Assembly (NCBI GenBank): GCA_014360825.1 | Contig: JACIWT010000012.1 | Span: 72 to 64,071 of the forward strand | Length of the DNA stretch: 64,000 nucleotides | Direction: 5' to 3' | DNA from: Chloroflexota bacterium | Lineage (GTDB): Bacteria; Chloroflexota; Anaerolineae; UBA2200; JACIWT01 | Shown: positions 9,483 through 20,441 of the stretch, piece after piece | Layout: each line of letters begins with the position of its first letter | Position numbering within the stretch: the stretch's first letter is position 1 | Program-made: the position numbers and the translations under genes | The notes under the pieces: generated by a model | What the model saw: the letters and a program-made list of their open reading frames with translations, nothing else | Databases searched by the model: none | What the model was told of the DNA's origin: nothing

Positions 9483-12278
9483 TTATTCAAAGGCTATACA
9501 CGAATATGGCCCAATGTTGACAATACCATAAGCGCTGTCCAACGCTACAGCAGCACTAGATGCGTCTAACAATATGACCTCCGCCAAATGATATGGGCCA
9601 TCGCGCCCACTGGCGCGGATGAGACTTCCTGGAAAGGGCAAGGAAACAGACTGTTTTCCTGCGTTGAGGTCGACGATTTGATTTACTCCGCAGACCTCAT
9701 TTCCCTCCGGATCAGTTAGAAGCCCCCATAGCAGGAATTTCCCCGCCTTTGTTACGTCCAGGCCTACGTTTACGATCAATGCGTTCCAGAGCCCATCGCC
9801 ATCTTCGTCTTCCACACGAACCTCAAATACTCCGGTCATTGTTGCTGTTTCAGGGGAGACGGTGAAAGTGATTTCCTGCCCGCGTGCATAGCCAAGCCCT
9901 GAACGCGTGCCTTCGGCCGTGACAAAGACGAGGTAATAACCACCTAAGGTCGTCTCATCGAACGTGTTTGCGTACAAACCGTCGTTCGCCTCACCATCCC
10001 CGTGTGCCCCATCATCGAAAAGTTGCAGGCGGATGCGCTCTCGATTCGGTCTGCCAATTTCCGCCCACACCTGCGCGCCGGATACACTAACGCCTCGGTC
10101 GCACAAGGTTGCAGAAATAAGCACTGGTGTGCTTTTCCGACACCACTGCGGCGCGATTGCCACATCCAAAGTGAGGGGTGAGTCGAGCGCGACATAGAAG
10201 GCAAAGCCCACCGGTGTGGACCCCGTATCCTTGCGGGATATGTTCACGGTCCATTTGCCAGGCTCTGGCTGTTTTATTAAGCAGGCGACAAAACTCGCTG
10301 GGCTGTAGCTAAGGAACTGCACGGCATCCGTTTCCTGTGCCCACTGCGCATCTATTGCACGTCCATTGGGATCAATTAGAGAGAGGGACCACTCGCCTGA
10401 ATAGCCGCGCAAGTAGAACTGAGCCGCGCTCGCCGCGTCTATGGGGACGGTACAACTGACACTTTGGCCACCACGCACCTCTCCAGAGATAAACGGCGTG
10501 TGCACTGCTTTGGGCGGCTCAGCGCGCATAGGTGCAGGAGAAGGCGAGGGCGGGCCATAGCGCAGCGCTTCACGCAGATAGTGGTCGTAGGTGTCAGACG
10601 GCTCTAAGTAACTCCGCACACCAGTCAAGATAGTTTCTGCCGACCAGGCGTGAACATCCGGTGTGGTGATATGTGTGGTACTGGGGCCATCTAAGGCATG
10701 GGCGCTCCAAGCCGAAACCAATCCGTCGCCGGGCGTGATGTATTCGAAAATGGATGGCAGGGGATCACCACGTGCTTCACCGGCGACGAGAATATACGGA
10801 ACCTTATAGGTATTGCAGTGTGTAGCATTCCAGAGCAACACGTGTTCCGGCAAAAGTTCATAGATAGAGGGCTCATCCGTCCACTCCAAGGCCTGACGCA
10901 GCACGAATGGGTACCACTGGCGCACACCAGCGTGCGGAGTGCCCATAGTGTAGACTGCCGCTACATCATTTCGGTAAAGAGAGGATTCGATATAGGCCCG
11001 CGCGTTTAAGCCCCCCATGCTAAAACCAATGATATTCACTTGATCAGAGCCAGTCTCTTTCTTGGCTTGTTGGATAGTCTGCGCCAGACTCGCAGCGTTT
11101 TCCAGCATCGTGTTCAGCGGGCTGATCCCCCGTGCATAATAGACCGGGAAACCATCGCGCTCCAACCAGGAGGCTAAGAAACGAAATTCGCTGTCTTCCA
11201 GGCGGTCACTCTCCGGTCCATGCCAACCATGGACGAGGATGACGGGTAGTAATTCCTGTGCGGGCAACGGATGACCTGTATAAACGCGTAGTCCGTCAGA
11301 CAACGTGCCTACCCAGATCTCACCGTTCATGGCGATAGCCACCGCACTGCAATAGCCCGTTGGCAGACCCTCTGTAACCCATCCCGCCCCCTCTAAATAC
11401 GCCATACCCCCTGCTGTCGCAGCCCAGATTATACCCTCGGGCCCTAACGCTAAGGTGTTCACCTGAGGGTGAGGCAGGCCATCGCTGACACCATAGTGAT
11501 GCTCTCGGTGCAGGTCATTAGCCTGCAGGCAACTCACTCCTTCCTCTGTAGCCAACCAGACATCGCCATTTGCCGTAACCAATATGTTGTTAACCCGATT
11601 ATGCTCCAATCCCTCGGCCGTATAGATAGGCGTCCAGCGCTGGCCATCGAATCGGCGGATGCCCTCGCCCTGGATGGCTATCCAGACGGTACTATCTGAT
11701 CCAGCAACCAATGCATCCACATAATTGCCGCCCAGTGCTCCGGCGTTGTAGCGTGTCCACCGGCCGTTGGAGGAGCGACGAGAAACGCCACCACCATGTG
11801 TAGCCACCCATAGCGTACCGTCAGGTGTCAAGTCGAGGTCAGTGACGAAATCATTGCTTAGGCCGGAGTTGCTTTGATTGTACGTCGTCCACTCCTGCCC
11901 GTCGAAATGGCTGACGCCCCCGCCATAGGTTCCGACCCATATCCCCCCCTTACCATCTGGGACAATGTCCACGACCCAGTCGTCGCCCAGGCCATGCACG
12001 TGGGAATATGTGGTCATACGGCTGCCAGCAAAACGAGTGATCCCCTGTGTTGTCCCTATCCAAATGGTCTCGCCATCCAGTGAGATACAAAAAATGGTGT
12101 TGGCGGCTAGCCCATGACGAGTGGTATAAGTAGTCCAGGCTCGCTGAGGGGCGTTCGCAAGGGCAAGGGGGCAATAACATAGCAAGAAAATGGAACCCAA
12201 TAGCACGCATAGGCCGTGATGGATTGGCAGCAAGGACGTGCTACCTCGTCTTCTTGCCAAGACGAACCGCTTATTCAC
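9483..12278 (-). CDS. Secreted multidomain protein: beta-propeller repeats, alpha/beta-hydrolase (lipase-like) domain and C-terminal beta domains
   Basis: Signal peptide. Repeated GGIWVGTxxGGVSxFDGQxWTTY units look like two-component-regulator propeller repeats. Lipase nucleophile elbow GFSMGG within LVHGW...IIGFSMGGLNARAY. GTG start at 12278 lies 8 nt from the upstream stop. Confidence 0.7.
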   Translation of the reverse strand: MNKRFVLARRRGSTSLLPIHHGLCVLLGSIFLLCYCPLALANAPQRAWTTYTTRHGLAANTIFCISLDGETIWIGTTQGITRFAGSRMTTYSHVHGLGDDWVVDIVPDGKGGIWVGTYGGGVSHFDGQEWTTYNQSNSGLSNDFVTDLDLTPDGTLWVATHGGGVSRRSSNGRWTRYNAGALGGNYVDALVAGSDSTVWIAIQGEGIRRFDGQRWTPIYTAEGLEHNRVNNILVTANGDVWLATEEGVSCLQANDLHREHHYGVSDGLPHPQVNTLALGPEGIIWAATAGGMAYLEGAGWVTEGLPTGYCSAVAIAMNGEIWVGTLSDGLRVYTGHPLPAQELLPVILVHGWHGPESDRLEDSEFRFLASWLERDGFPVYYARGISPLNTMLENAASLAQTIQQAKKETGSDQVNIIGFSMGGLNARAYIESSLYRNDVAAVYTMGTPHAGVRQWYPFVLRQALEWTDEPSIYELLPEHVLLWNATHCNTYKVPYILVAGEARGDPLPSIFEYITPGDGLVSAWSAHALDGPSTTHITTPDVHAWSAETILTGVRSYLEPSDTYDHYLREALRYGPPSPSPAPMRAEPPKAVHTPFISGEVRGGQSVSCTVPIDAASAAQFYLRGYSGEWSLSLIDPNGRAIDAQWAQETDAVQFLSYSPASFVACLIKQPEPGKWTVNISRKDTGSTPVGFAFYVALDSPLTLDVAIAPQWCRKSTPVLISATLCDRGVSVSGAQVWAEIGRPNRERIRLQLFDDGAHGDGEANDGLYANTFDETTLGGYYLVFVTAEGTRSGLGYARGQEITFTVSPETATMTGVFEVRVEDEDGDGLWNALIVNVGLDVTKAGKFLLWGLLTDPEGNEVCGVNQIVDLNAGKQSVSLPFPGSLIRASGRDGPYHLAEVILLDASSAAVALDSAYGIVNIGPYSCIAFE

Positions 12279-13032
12279 TGATGGTGACTCTTACCTCACA
12301 AGGTGGGCCGAAATTGCCAGTAATATCCACTACCGTGAGGCGTAATTTGTACACGCCCCGGGGGAAACCACTCACGTCCCATGTCCCTAGCAAGCCATTT
12401 GAGACGGGTTCACGGTGTACTTCGCCAACGCTATTCCAAGCCTCTGGATTATCGCCCAATCCGTATTCGATCTTGTAGAACTGAAACCGTTCAATGGAAG
12501 CGGTCCCAACGATTTGGACGACCCCTGAAAGTTGTGCATCCCACGCTGGGGAGGTGATGCAAACGCCAGGATTAGGACATGGCGCAAGCCGTAACGGCGT
12601 AGGCGTGTACGTTGGCATAGGTGATGGCAACCCTGGTGTGGGCCGGACCCGTGTGGGTGTTGGCGGGCCTGCTGTCGCGCTCGGTAATGGGGTGCGTGTA
12701 GGCGGTACGATAAGGAAAGGGCTAGTGGGCGTGGCCTGCGCAATGGTCGGCAACTGTACGCCGGGTAAAACGCGAAATTCGAGAATTGTAACTGCCGCTA
12801 TCAGTATTAGGATGGCCACCAATGAGGTAACGGATCGCATCTCCCGGGCCGTGGCCATCTCTTTCTCCAGGCTGAAGATGGTTGCCGCTCTCTGTCGCCG
12901 TGCAGCAAGTAATTCATAGATAGCCCAGAGAAGGGCTACCAGACAGATCAAATAGACCCAAACGACGTATTTCTGAAAAATAGCAAGAACCTGGCCCACA
13001 GCATGCCCCCGACCAGCACCAGACAATCTCAA
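12271..13032 (-). CDS. Membrane-anchored Pro/Thr-rich protein of unknown function
   Basis: Two N-terminal hydrophobic helices, a PT-rich linker (PTRTPLPSATAGPPTPTRVRPTPGLPSP) and a C-terminal globular domain. Start codon uncertain: TTG at 13032 or a GTG about 30 nt downstream. Confidence 0.55.
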   Translation of the reverse strand: MRLSGAGRGHAVGQVLAIFQKYVVWVYLICLVALLWAIYELLAARRQRAATIFSLEKEMATAREMRSVTSLVAILILIAAVTILEFRVLPGVQLPTIAQATPTSPFLIVPPTRTPLPSATAGPPTPTRVRPTPGLPSPMPTYTPTPLRLAPCPNPGVCITSPAWDAQLSGVVQIVGTASIERFQFYKIEYGLGDNPEAWNSVGEVHREPVSNGLLGTWDVSGFPRGVYKLRLTVVDITGNFGPPCEVRVTISE

Positions 13033-13169
13033 GGCAATGGTATTCTAATTCAGAACGCTGTGGAACGCAAGCCAGTTCCTCTGCAAAGCACGTTTACAAA
13101 GAAACCACCCGTGGTAATTCAGGGTGGTATCCTCGCAATACTTTCAAAATACGGCTTTGCGAATTGGCT

Positions 13170-14018
13170 TTAATCCAACCTCTGGAGTACACCCCGGATG
13201 AGCGCAGACAATCGGATAGCGAGTTGCTTCCCTGCCTCTAGAACTTCTTCGTGGGTCAGTTTGCCGCCGCCATTGATGACGTTGCTGATACCCGAGATGC
13301 CTAACACGCACATCCCCATATGGCGAGCCACAGTGACCTCGTTAACTGTGGACATACCCACTGCATCTGCTCCAATCAAGCGCAAGAAACGAATGTCAGC
13401 AGGGGTTTCGAAACTGGGTCCCCCTAACATGATGTATATTCCTTGATGGAGAACGATGCCTTTGCTTTTGGCAACCTCGACGGCAAGACGCTGGAGTTCG
13501 GGGTCATAGGCTTGCGACATATCGGGGAAGCGGGGACCTAGTTGGGGGTCATTGGGACCGCGAAGGGGATTCAACCCCGCCATGCCAATTAAATTGATGT
13601 GGTCAGTAATAAGCATCAAATCGCCAGCATTGAACCGGTAGTTCAATCCCCCAGCAGCATTGGTAACAATCAGGGTTTTCACGCCCAGGAAGTGCATTAC
13701 TCGAATGGGGAACGTAGTCTGTTGCATCGAATAGCCCTCATAAAAGTGGGCTCGACCGCGCATAACAAGCACTTCCTTTTCTTCCAGTTTGCCAATCACT
13801 AGGTCGCCAGGGTGTCCCTCCACAGTCGCAACTGGAAAATGCGGGATCTGATGGTAGGGGATGATATCTGGGTCCTGTACTTCCTCTGCCAGTCCTGCCA
13901 AGCCAGAGCCAAGGATGATGCCCACAGTAGGGTGATATGTAATCCGCGCGCGTAGGAAGTCCGTCGCTTCTTGGTACTCTGCCCGGGAGGGCGATTGAAG
14001 TATCACGTCCGCATTCAT
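13170..14018 (-). CDS. Purine nucleoside phosphorylase (PNP/MTAP family)
   Basis: PNP-I family motifs GIILGSGLAGLAE, VMRGRAHFYEG and LGGPSFETPAD. Confidence 0.8.
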   Translation of the reverse strand: MNADVILQSPSRAEYQEATDFLRARITYHPTVGIILGSGLAGLAEEVQDPDIIPYHQIPHFPVATVEGHPGDLVIGKLEEKEVLVMRGRAHFYEGYSMQQTTFPIRVMHFLGVKTLIVTNAAGGLNYRFNAGDLMLITDHINLIGMAGLNPLRGPNDPQLGPRFPDMSQAYDPELQRLAVEVAKSKGIVLHQGIYIMLGGPSFETPADIRFLRLIGADAVGMSTVNEVTVARHMGMCVLGISGISNVINGGGKLTHEEVLEAGKQLAIRLSALIRGVLQRLD

Positions 14019-14932
14019 CCCTTGGCCCGGGGGTGCGCCTCATTGTAAACTTCTCGCAAGCGCTCGCTGCTCACTTGGGTGTAGACCTGGGTTGTGGCAA
14101 TGTTTGCGTGGCCGAGGAGTTCTTGAACGTTTCGCAGATCCGCGCCCCCGCTGAGCATATGTGTGGCAAACGAATGGCGCAGGGTATGAGGAGTTACCGG
14201 CGCGGTGATGCCAGCCTCTTGAACGTAGTTCTTAACAATGAGCCATAGTCCCTGGCGGGTCAGGCGTTGACCTCGCTGGTTAAGAAAGATAGCCCTTTCA
14301 TCGGGGTCCCTGAGCAAACGGATGCGTCCACGTTCCATGTATTCTTCTAAGGCTCTTGCCGCTCGGTCGTGGATTGGAATAACGCGTTCCTTGTTTCCCT
14401 TGCCGAAGCAGCGCACGCTGGCGGAAGCCAAATCCACATCTCCTACATTGAGGGCCACCAATTCGCTCACGCGCATCCCCGTGGCATAGAGCAGTTCCAA
14501 AATGGCTTTGTCGCGCAGGCCAGCGGCGGTTTTATCTTGGTTGGGAGCATCGAGTAGTCTCTCGATATCCTGAATAGAGATCGCCTTGGGAAGATACTTT
14601 TTCACCCGCGGGGAATCCAAGGTTGCCGTTGGGTCCTCTTGGATTTGCCCCTCCGTGTTCAGGAAATGGAAGAAAGACTTGATGGCCGCCACCTTGCGGG
14701 CTACAGTGGACGAAGCGTACTCGCGTTCGCTCTTGAGATACAAAATGTATTCCATCAAATGGTCTTTGCTTATCTGCGCCCAAGCATTGACACCGGGTTC
14801 GCCCCTGCGCTGGATCCAGCGCAAGAACTGGCTGAGGTCATTTTTATAGGCCACACGGGTATTCTCTGAATACCCCTTTTCTACCTTCAGAGAGGCGAGG
14901 AAACTATCCACTTGCTCCTGCATGATACGCAC
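14015..14932 (-). CDS. xerD: Tyrosine recombinase XerC/XerD
   Basis: N-terminal SAM-like domain (FLASLKVEKGYSENTRVAY) and a C-terminal catalytic domain with the R...HxxR...Y pattern (LRHSFATHML...TQVYTQV). 305 aa. Confidence 0.8.
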   Translation of the reverse strand: MRIMQEQVDSFLASLKVEKGYSENTRVAYKNDLSQFLRWIQRRGEPGVNAWAQISKDHLMEYILYLKSEREYASSTVARKVAAIKSFFHFLNTEGQIQEDPTATLDSPRVKKYLPKAISIQDIERLLDAPNQDKTAAGLRDKAILELLYATGMRVSELVALNVGDVDLASASVRCFGKGNKERVIPIHDRAARALEEYMERGRIRLLRDPDERAIFLNQRGQRLTRQGLWLIVKNYVQEAGITAPVTPHTLRHSFATHMLSGGADLRNVQELLGHANIATTQVYTQVSSERLREVYNEAHPRAKG

Positions 14933-15154
14933 GCTCCTTCTCTATGATCAGTTTGCAACCTCGTGTACCTGGAGAGCGAAACCTTCCGGGCATTGGATGC
15001 GAATCTATTTTAACCATGACTTTGCATAAAGTCAAGTTGTCCAAGGGATGGAATGGAGCGCAGAACGCTTGCCCTTTACGCAGTGAATGTGGCCCTTTAC
15101 GGGGACGTGTGAGAGCAGCCTTTGTTGGGTACTTTCAACGTCGGCTCATCTAAT

Positions 15155-15197
15155 TTGCTAAACTGGCATTCTTCGTGTATAATTAGAACAAAATTTC
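15155..15197 (+). promoter_or_regulatory. recA promoter (TTGCTA-17-TATAAT) with an adjacent SOS-box-like GAACAAAATTTC
   Basis: -35 at 15155-15160 and -10 at 15178-15183. Box at 15186-15197 has one mismatch to GAACN4GTTC and sits over the predicted start site. Confidence 0.55.
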
Positions 15198-15323
15198 TAA
15201 TGATGAAATTTGCAAGTTGGTGCTGACGTATTTTCCAATCCTGAGGGCTTGCTTTTTCGCTGTTATTGTAGTAAACTATTAGTAGGATCGCCTCGCTAAG
15301 TGAGGGGTGGAAGGAGATGAGCC

Positions 15324-16460
15324 ATGGGCGCCACAGAAGGTAAGGATAAGGCACTGGAGACGACATTGGCCCACTTACGAAAACGCTATGGTGACGGTGT
15401 AATTATGAAACTGGGCGAGTCTACCAGCCTGGACGCAGAGGCGATACCAACCGGTTCGATCTCATTAGACATTGCCCTGGGTATCGGAGGCGTCCCCAGA
15501 GGTCGGGTTACCGAAATCTACGGCCCCGAATCCTCGGGCAAGACGACGTTGGCCCAGCATATCATCGCCGAGGCACAGAAGGCGGGAGGGGTCGCAGCGT
15601 TTATCGATGTTGAACACGCCCTGGATCCTGGATATGCCGCTAAATGCGGTGTGGACGTAGATAATTTGTACATCTCCCAGCCAGACACAGGGGAACAGGC
15701 CCTAGAAATTGCCGAAGCCTTAGTGCGTAGCGGTGCAGTGGATGTAATCGTCATTGATTCTGTAGCTGCTCTCGTTCCGCGAGCGGAGATCGAGGGCGAA
15801 ATGGGCGATTCACACATGGGTCTGCAGGCCCGCCTGATGTCCCAAGCGCTGCGCAAACTGGTCGGAGCGATCAAGCGTTCTAACACCGCGGTGATTTTCA
15901 CCAATCAACTTCGCCAGAAAATCGGCGTTGTGTTCGGCAACCCCGAGACTACCACTGGGGGCAACGCGCTGAAGTTCTACGCTGCAGTCCGCTTAGATAT
16001 GCGCCGCATGGAGGGCATCAAGCAAGGTGGTGATGTAATAGGTAATCGCACGAAAGTGCGAGTAAAAAAGAACAAACTGGCCCCGCCCTTTAAATCTGCC
16101 GAGTTCGATATCATGTATGATGAGGGCATTTCCCGCGAGGGTGATGTGCTGGATGTGGCCACGGAATTGGGCATCGTCGAAAAGCGGGGCGCTCATTATG
16201 CCTTCGGCGAGGTCCGTTTAGGTCAAGGGCGGGAAAACGTGAGGCTCTTCCTCAAAGAGAATCCCGACATCACCGATGAAATTGAGGCGAAGATACGCGC
16301 AACCGTGGGGCTTCCGCCCAAAGGCGAAAGCGGCCCTGCGCGAGTCTCCGCAGCGCTTGGCAAATTGCCGAAGGCCGAAATCAGCGATGAGGGCGAGCCT
16401 CTTGCCGAAGAGGGGTTATCTTACGAGGACGATTTCGAGGACGAAAATACCGATCTCTAG
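15324..16460 (+). CDS. recA: Recombinase A
   Basis: [13 protein letters not shown] Walker A and full-length RecA homology. GGAAGGAG RBS. Confidence 0.97.
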   Translation: MGATEGKDKALETTLAHLRKRYGDGVIMKLGESTSLDAEAIPTGSISLDIALGIGGVPRGRVTEIYGPESSGKTTLAQHIIAEAQKAGGVAAFIDVEHALDPGYAAKCGVDVDNLYISQPDTGEQALEIAEALVRSGAVDVIVIDSVAALVPRAEIEGEMGDSHMGLQARLMSQALRKLVGAIKRSNTAVIFTNQLRQKIGVVFGNPETTTGGNALKFYAAVRLDMRRMEGIKQGGDVIGNRTKVRVKKNKLAPPFKSAEFDIMYDEGISREGDVLDVATELGIVEKRGAHYAFGEVRLGQGRENVRLFLKENPDITDEIEAKIRATVGLPPKGESGPARVSAALGKLPKAEISDEGEPLAEEGLSYEDDFEDENTDL

Positions 16461-16975
16461 GGTTCTTTCGTAAGCAACGGATCGGGCGGTGGCCCGGCTG
16501 TTGGGAGACTATATATCTTCGGGTCTAATTTTATAGGCTAGGTCAGCCGCAGTACTCCCACTTGAGAAGAGATGGGGGAGCCAGTTCCCAATGGTGGGGG
16601 CTAATGTTTAGCGTTCTCTTCGAGTGCTTTGCACTGGACATGATCATGGCCCCAACCGAAGCATGGCCATTCACCAATCCTTACGGGTTGGATGTTTCAT
16701 AACCAAGGGGTGAAGCGGACTCCGATTATTGAGCCTTTTCGGGCCCTGATCAACGTTTGAAAGTGCAAATACAACATCCTGGAAATGGTCCCAGGGAAAC
16801 TACCTTGGCATCCAGCGAGAACGTGACAGAGAACATTGCAGTAGCGATCACCTTGGGAACCTGGACTGGTCTTAGGGTGTGCCTGCCTGCGACCAGATTA
16901 GGAACAACTGCGGCTGAAGGGTCGCAGTTGTTCTTATATCCCTAAGAATAAGAAGCAGAGAGTGCGGTTAACGCA

Positions 16976-17626
16976 ATGCCGAAAGTCACAGCCCTGAAGA
17001 GGCAAAAAAAGAATGCTCACCGGGTGAATGTGTATTTAGATGGGGAATATGCCTTTGCTCTTCAGGATATTGTGGCCATATCACTGAAAGTGGGGCAGGA
17101 GTTATCGCCCAACGACATTCTTACCTTGAAAACACAGGATGTTTTTCAGCGCGAGTACGATCGCGTTCTGCATTACCTGAGTTACCGCCCGCGTAGCGTA
17201 CGCGAAGTGCGGCAATACCTTGCTGACAGGGATGTGGAAAGCGGCATTGCAGATAACATCGTAACTCGACTACAGCGGGCTGGCCTATTAGACGATGCAG
17301 CATTTGCTCGATCCTGGGTAGAGAGCCGAGATTCGCTCAGACCTCGAGGCCGCTACCTATTGGCCCGAGAGCTGCGCCAGAAGGGTGTACCTGATGAAAT
17401 CATCCAAGAGGCTTTGCAATCCGTGGAGGAGGAGAGGAGCGCCTACAGAGCAGGGGTAAACCGTGTGGGTGCACTGCAGGGGATGGATTATCCAACCTTT
17501 CGGCGACGGTTGGGCGATTTCCTGCACCGCCGAGGCTTTGGCTACGAAATCATCCGGGAAACCGTGCAGCGCCTCTGGCAAGAAATGCAGGAGGGCAAAC
17601 TCGGCTTACAATCCAAACACTCCTAG
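16976..17626 (+). CDS. recX: RecA regulator RecX
   Basis: 216 aa with RecX helical repeats (VNVYLDGEYAFAL...). Lies downstream of recA. Confidence 0.75.
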   Translation: MPKVTALKRQKKNAHRVNVYLDGEYAFALQDIVAISLKVGQELSPNDILTLKTQDVFQREYDRVLHYLSYRPRSVREVRQYLADRDVESGIADNIVTRLQRAGLLDDAAFARSWVESRDSLRPRGRYLLARELRQKGVPDEIIQEALQSVEEERSAYRAGVNRVGALQGMDYPTFRRRLGDFLHRRGFGYEIIRETVQRLWQEMQEGKLGLQSKHS

Positions 17627-17678
17627 GTCCCAGCACCTGGGTTATTCGATAAATTAAGGGGGAAAGCGAACAGTAATT

Positions 17679-19214
17679 ATGGGAACCTCAACTATTACAT
17701 TGATTCTGGAGAACTTGATCGTGGGCCTGGTGGCCCTGGCTTTGGGATTTTTCCTTAAACAATACCTTTCTGGCACTCAGTTAAAATCCAAAGAGGATGA
17801 GGCCAAGCGACTCCTGACTGAGGCACAGACGAAAGTCAGGGCCGCTGAACTGGAAGCGAAGGCGGTGGCACTCAAGATCCGCGAGGAGGCCGAAGCAGAA
17901 ATCAAGCGCCACCGCATGGAATTGCAACGACAGGAACAGCGGCTTCAACACCGCCGGGAGAGCATTGAACATAAGTTTGATGCTCTCGAAAAGAGAGAGC
18001 GCAAACTCGAGGAACAAGAGAAACTATTAGAACGCGAGCGTGCTAAGATCGCTGAACTACGTCAGGCACAAATCTCAGAATTACAGCGCATCTCCGGTTT
18101 GAGCGCAGAAGAAGCAAAGACCTTGCTTCTGAAGAGTGTAGAAGAGGAAGCACGTCAGGATATGGCCAGGGTCATCCGTGAGGTGGAGGCGCAGGCGGAG
18201 GAGGAGGCGGAGCGCAAAGCGAGAGAGATCATTACTCTGGCTATCCAGCGCGTGGCCTCAGATCAAGTAACAGAGACCACCGTGTCCACCGTACCCCTGC
18301 CCAGTGATGAGATGAAAGGGCGCATCATAGGACGTGGTGGACGCAATATCCGGACCATTGAGAATATCACTGGCGTGGATTTGGTAGTGGATGATACGCC
18401 CGAAGCAGTGATCATCTCTAGTTTCGACCCTGTCCGGCGCGAGGTTGCCCGCGTGGCACTCAACAAACTCATTTTGGATGGACGCATCCACCCAGCGCGA
18501 ATCGAGAAGGTAGTGCAAAAAGCACAGCAAGAGGTCGAGGCCATCATTCGTGAGGAAGGCGAGCGCGCTGCATACGAATGCGGGTTACCGGGACTTCATC
18601 CTGAACTGATCAAACTCCTCGGCACCTTGCACTTCCGCACCAGTTACGGGCAGAATGTGCTGCAGCACTCCATCGAAACAGCGCACCTGGCTGGCATCAT
18701 GGCGGCCGAATTGGGAGCCGATGTGGCCTTAGCCAAGGAGGCCGCACTCTTGCATGACATCGGCAAGGCGGTGGATCATCAAGTCGAAGGACCGCACGCT
18801 CTGATCGGCGGCGACATTGCCAAACGCTTAGGCAAATCCCCTAAGATTGTCAATGCCATTGCCGCCCACCATGGAGAGGAAGAACCGCAGTCAGTGGAAG
18901 CTATCCTAGTGCAGGCTGCGGACGCCATCTCAGGCGCTCGGCCAGGCGCGCGTCGAGAGACGTTGGAGAGCTATATCAAACGCATCCAAGCGCTGGAGAC
19001 GGTAGCGGATTCCTTCCCCGGGGTAGAGAAATCTTATGCCATCCAAGCCGGGCGTGAGGTGCGCATCATTGTCAAGCCGGAGGAGATAGACGATCTGGCC
19101 GCGATTCGGCTGTCGCGAGATATTGCCAAAAAAATAGAAGAGAGTCTCGAATACCCTGGTCAAATCAAAGTAACCGTCATACGCGAAACGAGGGCCGTGG
19201 ATTACGCCAAATAG
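17679..19214 (+). CDS. rny: Ribonuclease Y
   Basis: N-terminal TM helix, coiled coil, KH domain ([15 protein letters not shown]) and HD domain ([10 protein letters not shown]...LLHDIGKA). Confidence 0.9.
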   Translation: MGTSTITLILENLIVGLVALALGFFLKQYLSGTQLKSKEDEAKRLLTEAQTKVRAAELEAKAVALKIREEAEAEIKRHRMELQRQEQRLQHRRESIEHKFDALEKRERKLEEQEKLLERERAKIAELRQAQISELQRISGLSAEEAKTLLLKSVEEEARQDMARVIREVEAQAEEEAERKAREIITLAIQRVASDQVTETTVSTVPLPSDEMKGRIIGRGGRNIRTIENITGVDLVVDDTPEAVIISSFDPVRREVARVALNKLILDGRIHPARIEKVVQKAQQEVEAIIREEGERAAYECGLPGLHPELIKLLGTLHFRTSYGQNVLQHSIETAHLAGIMAAELGADVALAKEAALLHDIGKAVDHQVEGPHALIGGDIAKRLGKSPKIVNAIAAHHGEEEPQSVEAILVQAADAISGARPGARRETLESYIKRIQALETVADSFPGVEKSYAIQAGREVRIIVKPEEIDDLAAIRLSRDIAKKIEESLEYPGQIKVTVIRETRAVDYAK

Positions 19215-19311
19215 GAGGTGAAACATGGCAGTAGCAATGAGCGAAGACGATCTCACACTATCACCTCAGCAGTCAACAGAACCCACTGACGCAACAGCAA
19301 AGGAGACGAAG

Positions 19312-19572
19312 ATGGAGGTCCTCAAGGTATCGGCAAGGTCTCGTTCGACGGCAGTGGCGGGAGCCATTGCTGGCGTCATCCGAGAAACTGGGCGCGCCGA
19401 GGTGCAGGCCATTGGCGCAGGCGCAGTCAACCAAGCGGTGAAGGCTGTGGCTATAGCCCGAGGTTATCTCGCTGAAGATGGCATTGATATCATCTGCATC
19501 CCCTCGTTCACCGAAGTAACTATTGCCGACCAGGAGCGCACAGCAGTCAAACTTATCGTGGAAAAGCGATGA
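19312..19572 (+). CDS. spoVS: Stage V sporulation protein S-like protein
   Basis: MEVLKVSARSRSTAVAGAIAGVIRE...AIGAGAVNQAVKAVAIARGY closely matches SpoVS. Start chosen at the internal ATG with an AAGGAG RBS. The track ORF begins 29 codons earlier. Confidence 0.8.
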   Translation: MEVLKVSARSRSTAVAGAIAGVIRETGRAEVQAIGAGAVNQAVKAVAIARGYLAEDGIDIICIPSFTEVTIADQERTAVKLIVEKR

Positions 19573-20402
19573 CCGGACGGGTAGACTTACACGTACACAC
19601 CACGGCGTCGGATGGGCGTTGCCGGCCGGCAGAGATAGTTTCAATGGCCGCCCAACTGGGGCTGGCCGCCGTGGCCATTACGGATCACGATACGACCGTC
19701 GGTTTGGCAGAGGCGCTGGATGCCGGTAATTCTTTTGGCATCGAAGTTATCCCCGGAGTCGAACTCAGCACAGACCTACCCGAGGGCGAGGCACACGTTT
19801 TAGGCTATTTTGTGCGCCCCAATGACTTCGCTTTTCAGCAGACGCTTCACAAACTAAGAGAGGCGCGACAAGACCGCGCCCAAGGCATCCTTCGCAGGCT
19901 GAGGAAGTTAGGATTGCCGTTAGAATGGGAAGAGGTGGTTGCTTTTGCCGGTGATGGTTCCGTCGGCCGCCCTCATATCGCCCAGGCTATGCTAACACGG
20001 GGATATGTCTCAACTATCCAAGAAGCCTTCGCGCTCTATATCGGACGACACGGCCCCGCCTATGTAGAGCGCTTCCGGCTCCCACCAGAGCAGGCGGTTT
20101 CCATGATATTAGAGGCCGGGGGGCTACCTGTTTTGGCTCATCCTATCTCGATCACGGAATGGGTACCACGGTTGGTATCCGTGGGCCTGGTCGGCCTGGA
20201 AGTGTATTACACGGGATACAGCCCTATGGAAATTGACCTCCTCATCGGCCTCGCCGAGCGGTATAGCCTCGTAGCAACGGGTGGAAGCGACTTCCACGGC
20301 GTAGAGATAATGCCTGAGGCATTATTGGGCAGCGTGGATGTGCCCTATAGCGCGGTGATAGAATTGCGCAAGCGGTGCGCCGTACCACAAAGCATATTGT
20401 GA
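19569..20402 (+). CDS. PHP-domain metal-dependent phosphoesterase
   Basis: VDLHVHTTASDG...ITDHD PHP motifs. ATGA overlap with spoVS. Confidence 0.75.
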   Translation: MTGRVDLHVHTTASDGRCRPAEIVSMAAQLGLAAVAITDHDTTVGLAEALDAGNSFGIEVIPGVELSTDLPEGEAHVLGYFVRPNDFAFQQTLHKLREARQDRAQGILRRLRKLGLPLEWEEVVAFAGDGSVGRPHIAQAMLTRGYVSTIQEAFALYIGRHGPAYVERFRLPPEQAVSMILEAGGLPVLAHPISITEWVPRLVSVGLVGLEVYYTGYSPMEIDLLIGLAERYSLVATGGSDFHGVEIMPEALLGSVDVPYSAVIELRKRCAVPQSIL

Positions 20403-20441
20403 GCCTTTTCGGAAGGGGGAACGGGTCGGAGGTTCTTTCAT

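Noticed and set aside
16757-16945. 62-aa ORF in the recA-recX gap
   Set aside because: No RBS and no conservation signal. More likely non-coding leader or terminator sequence.
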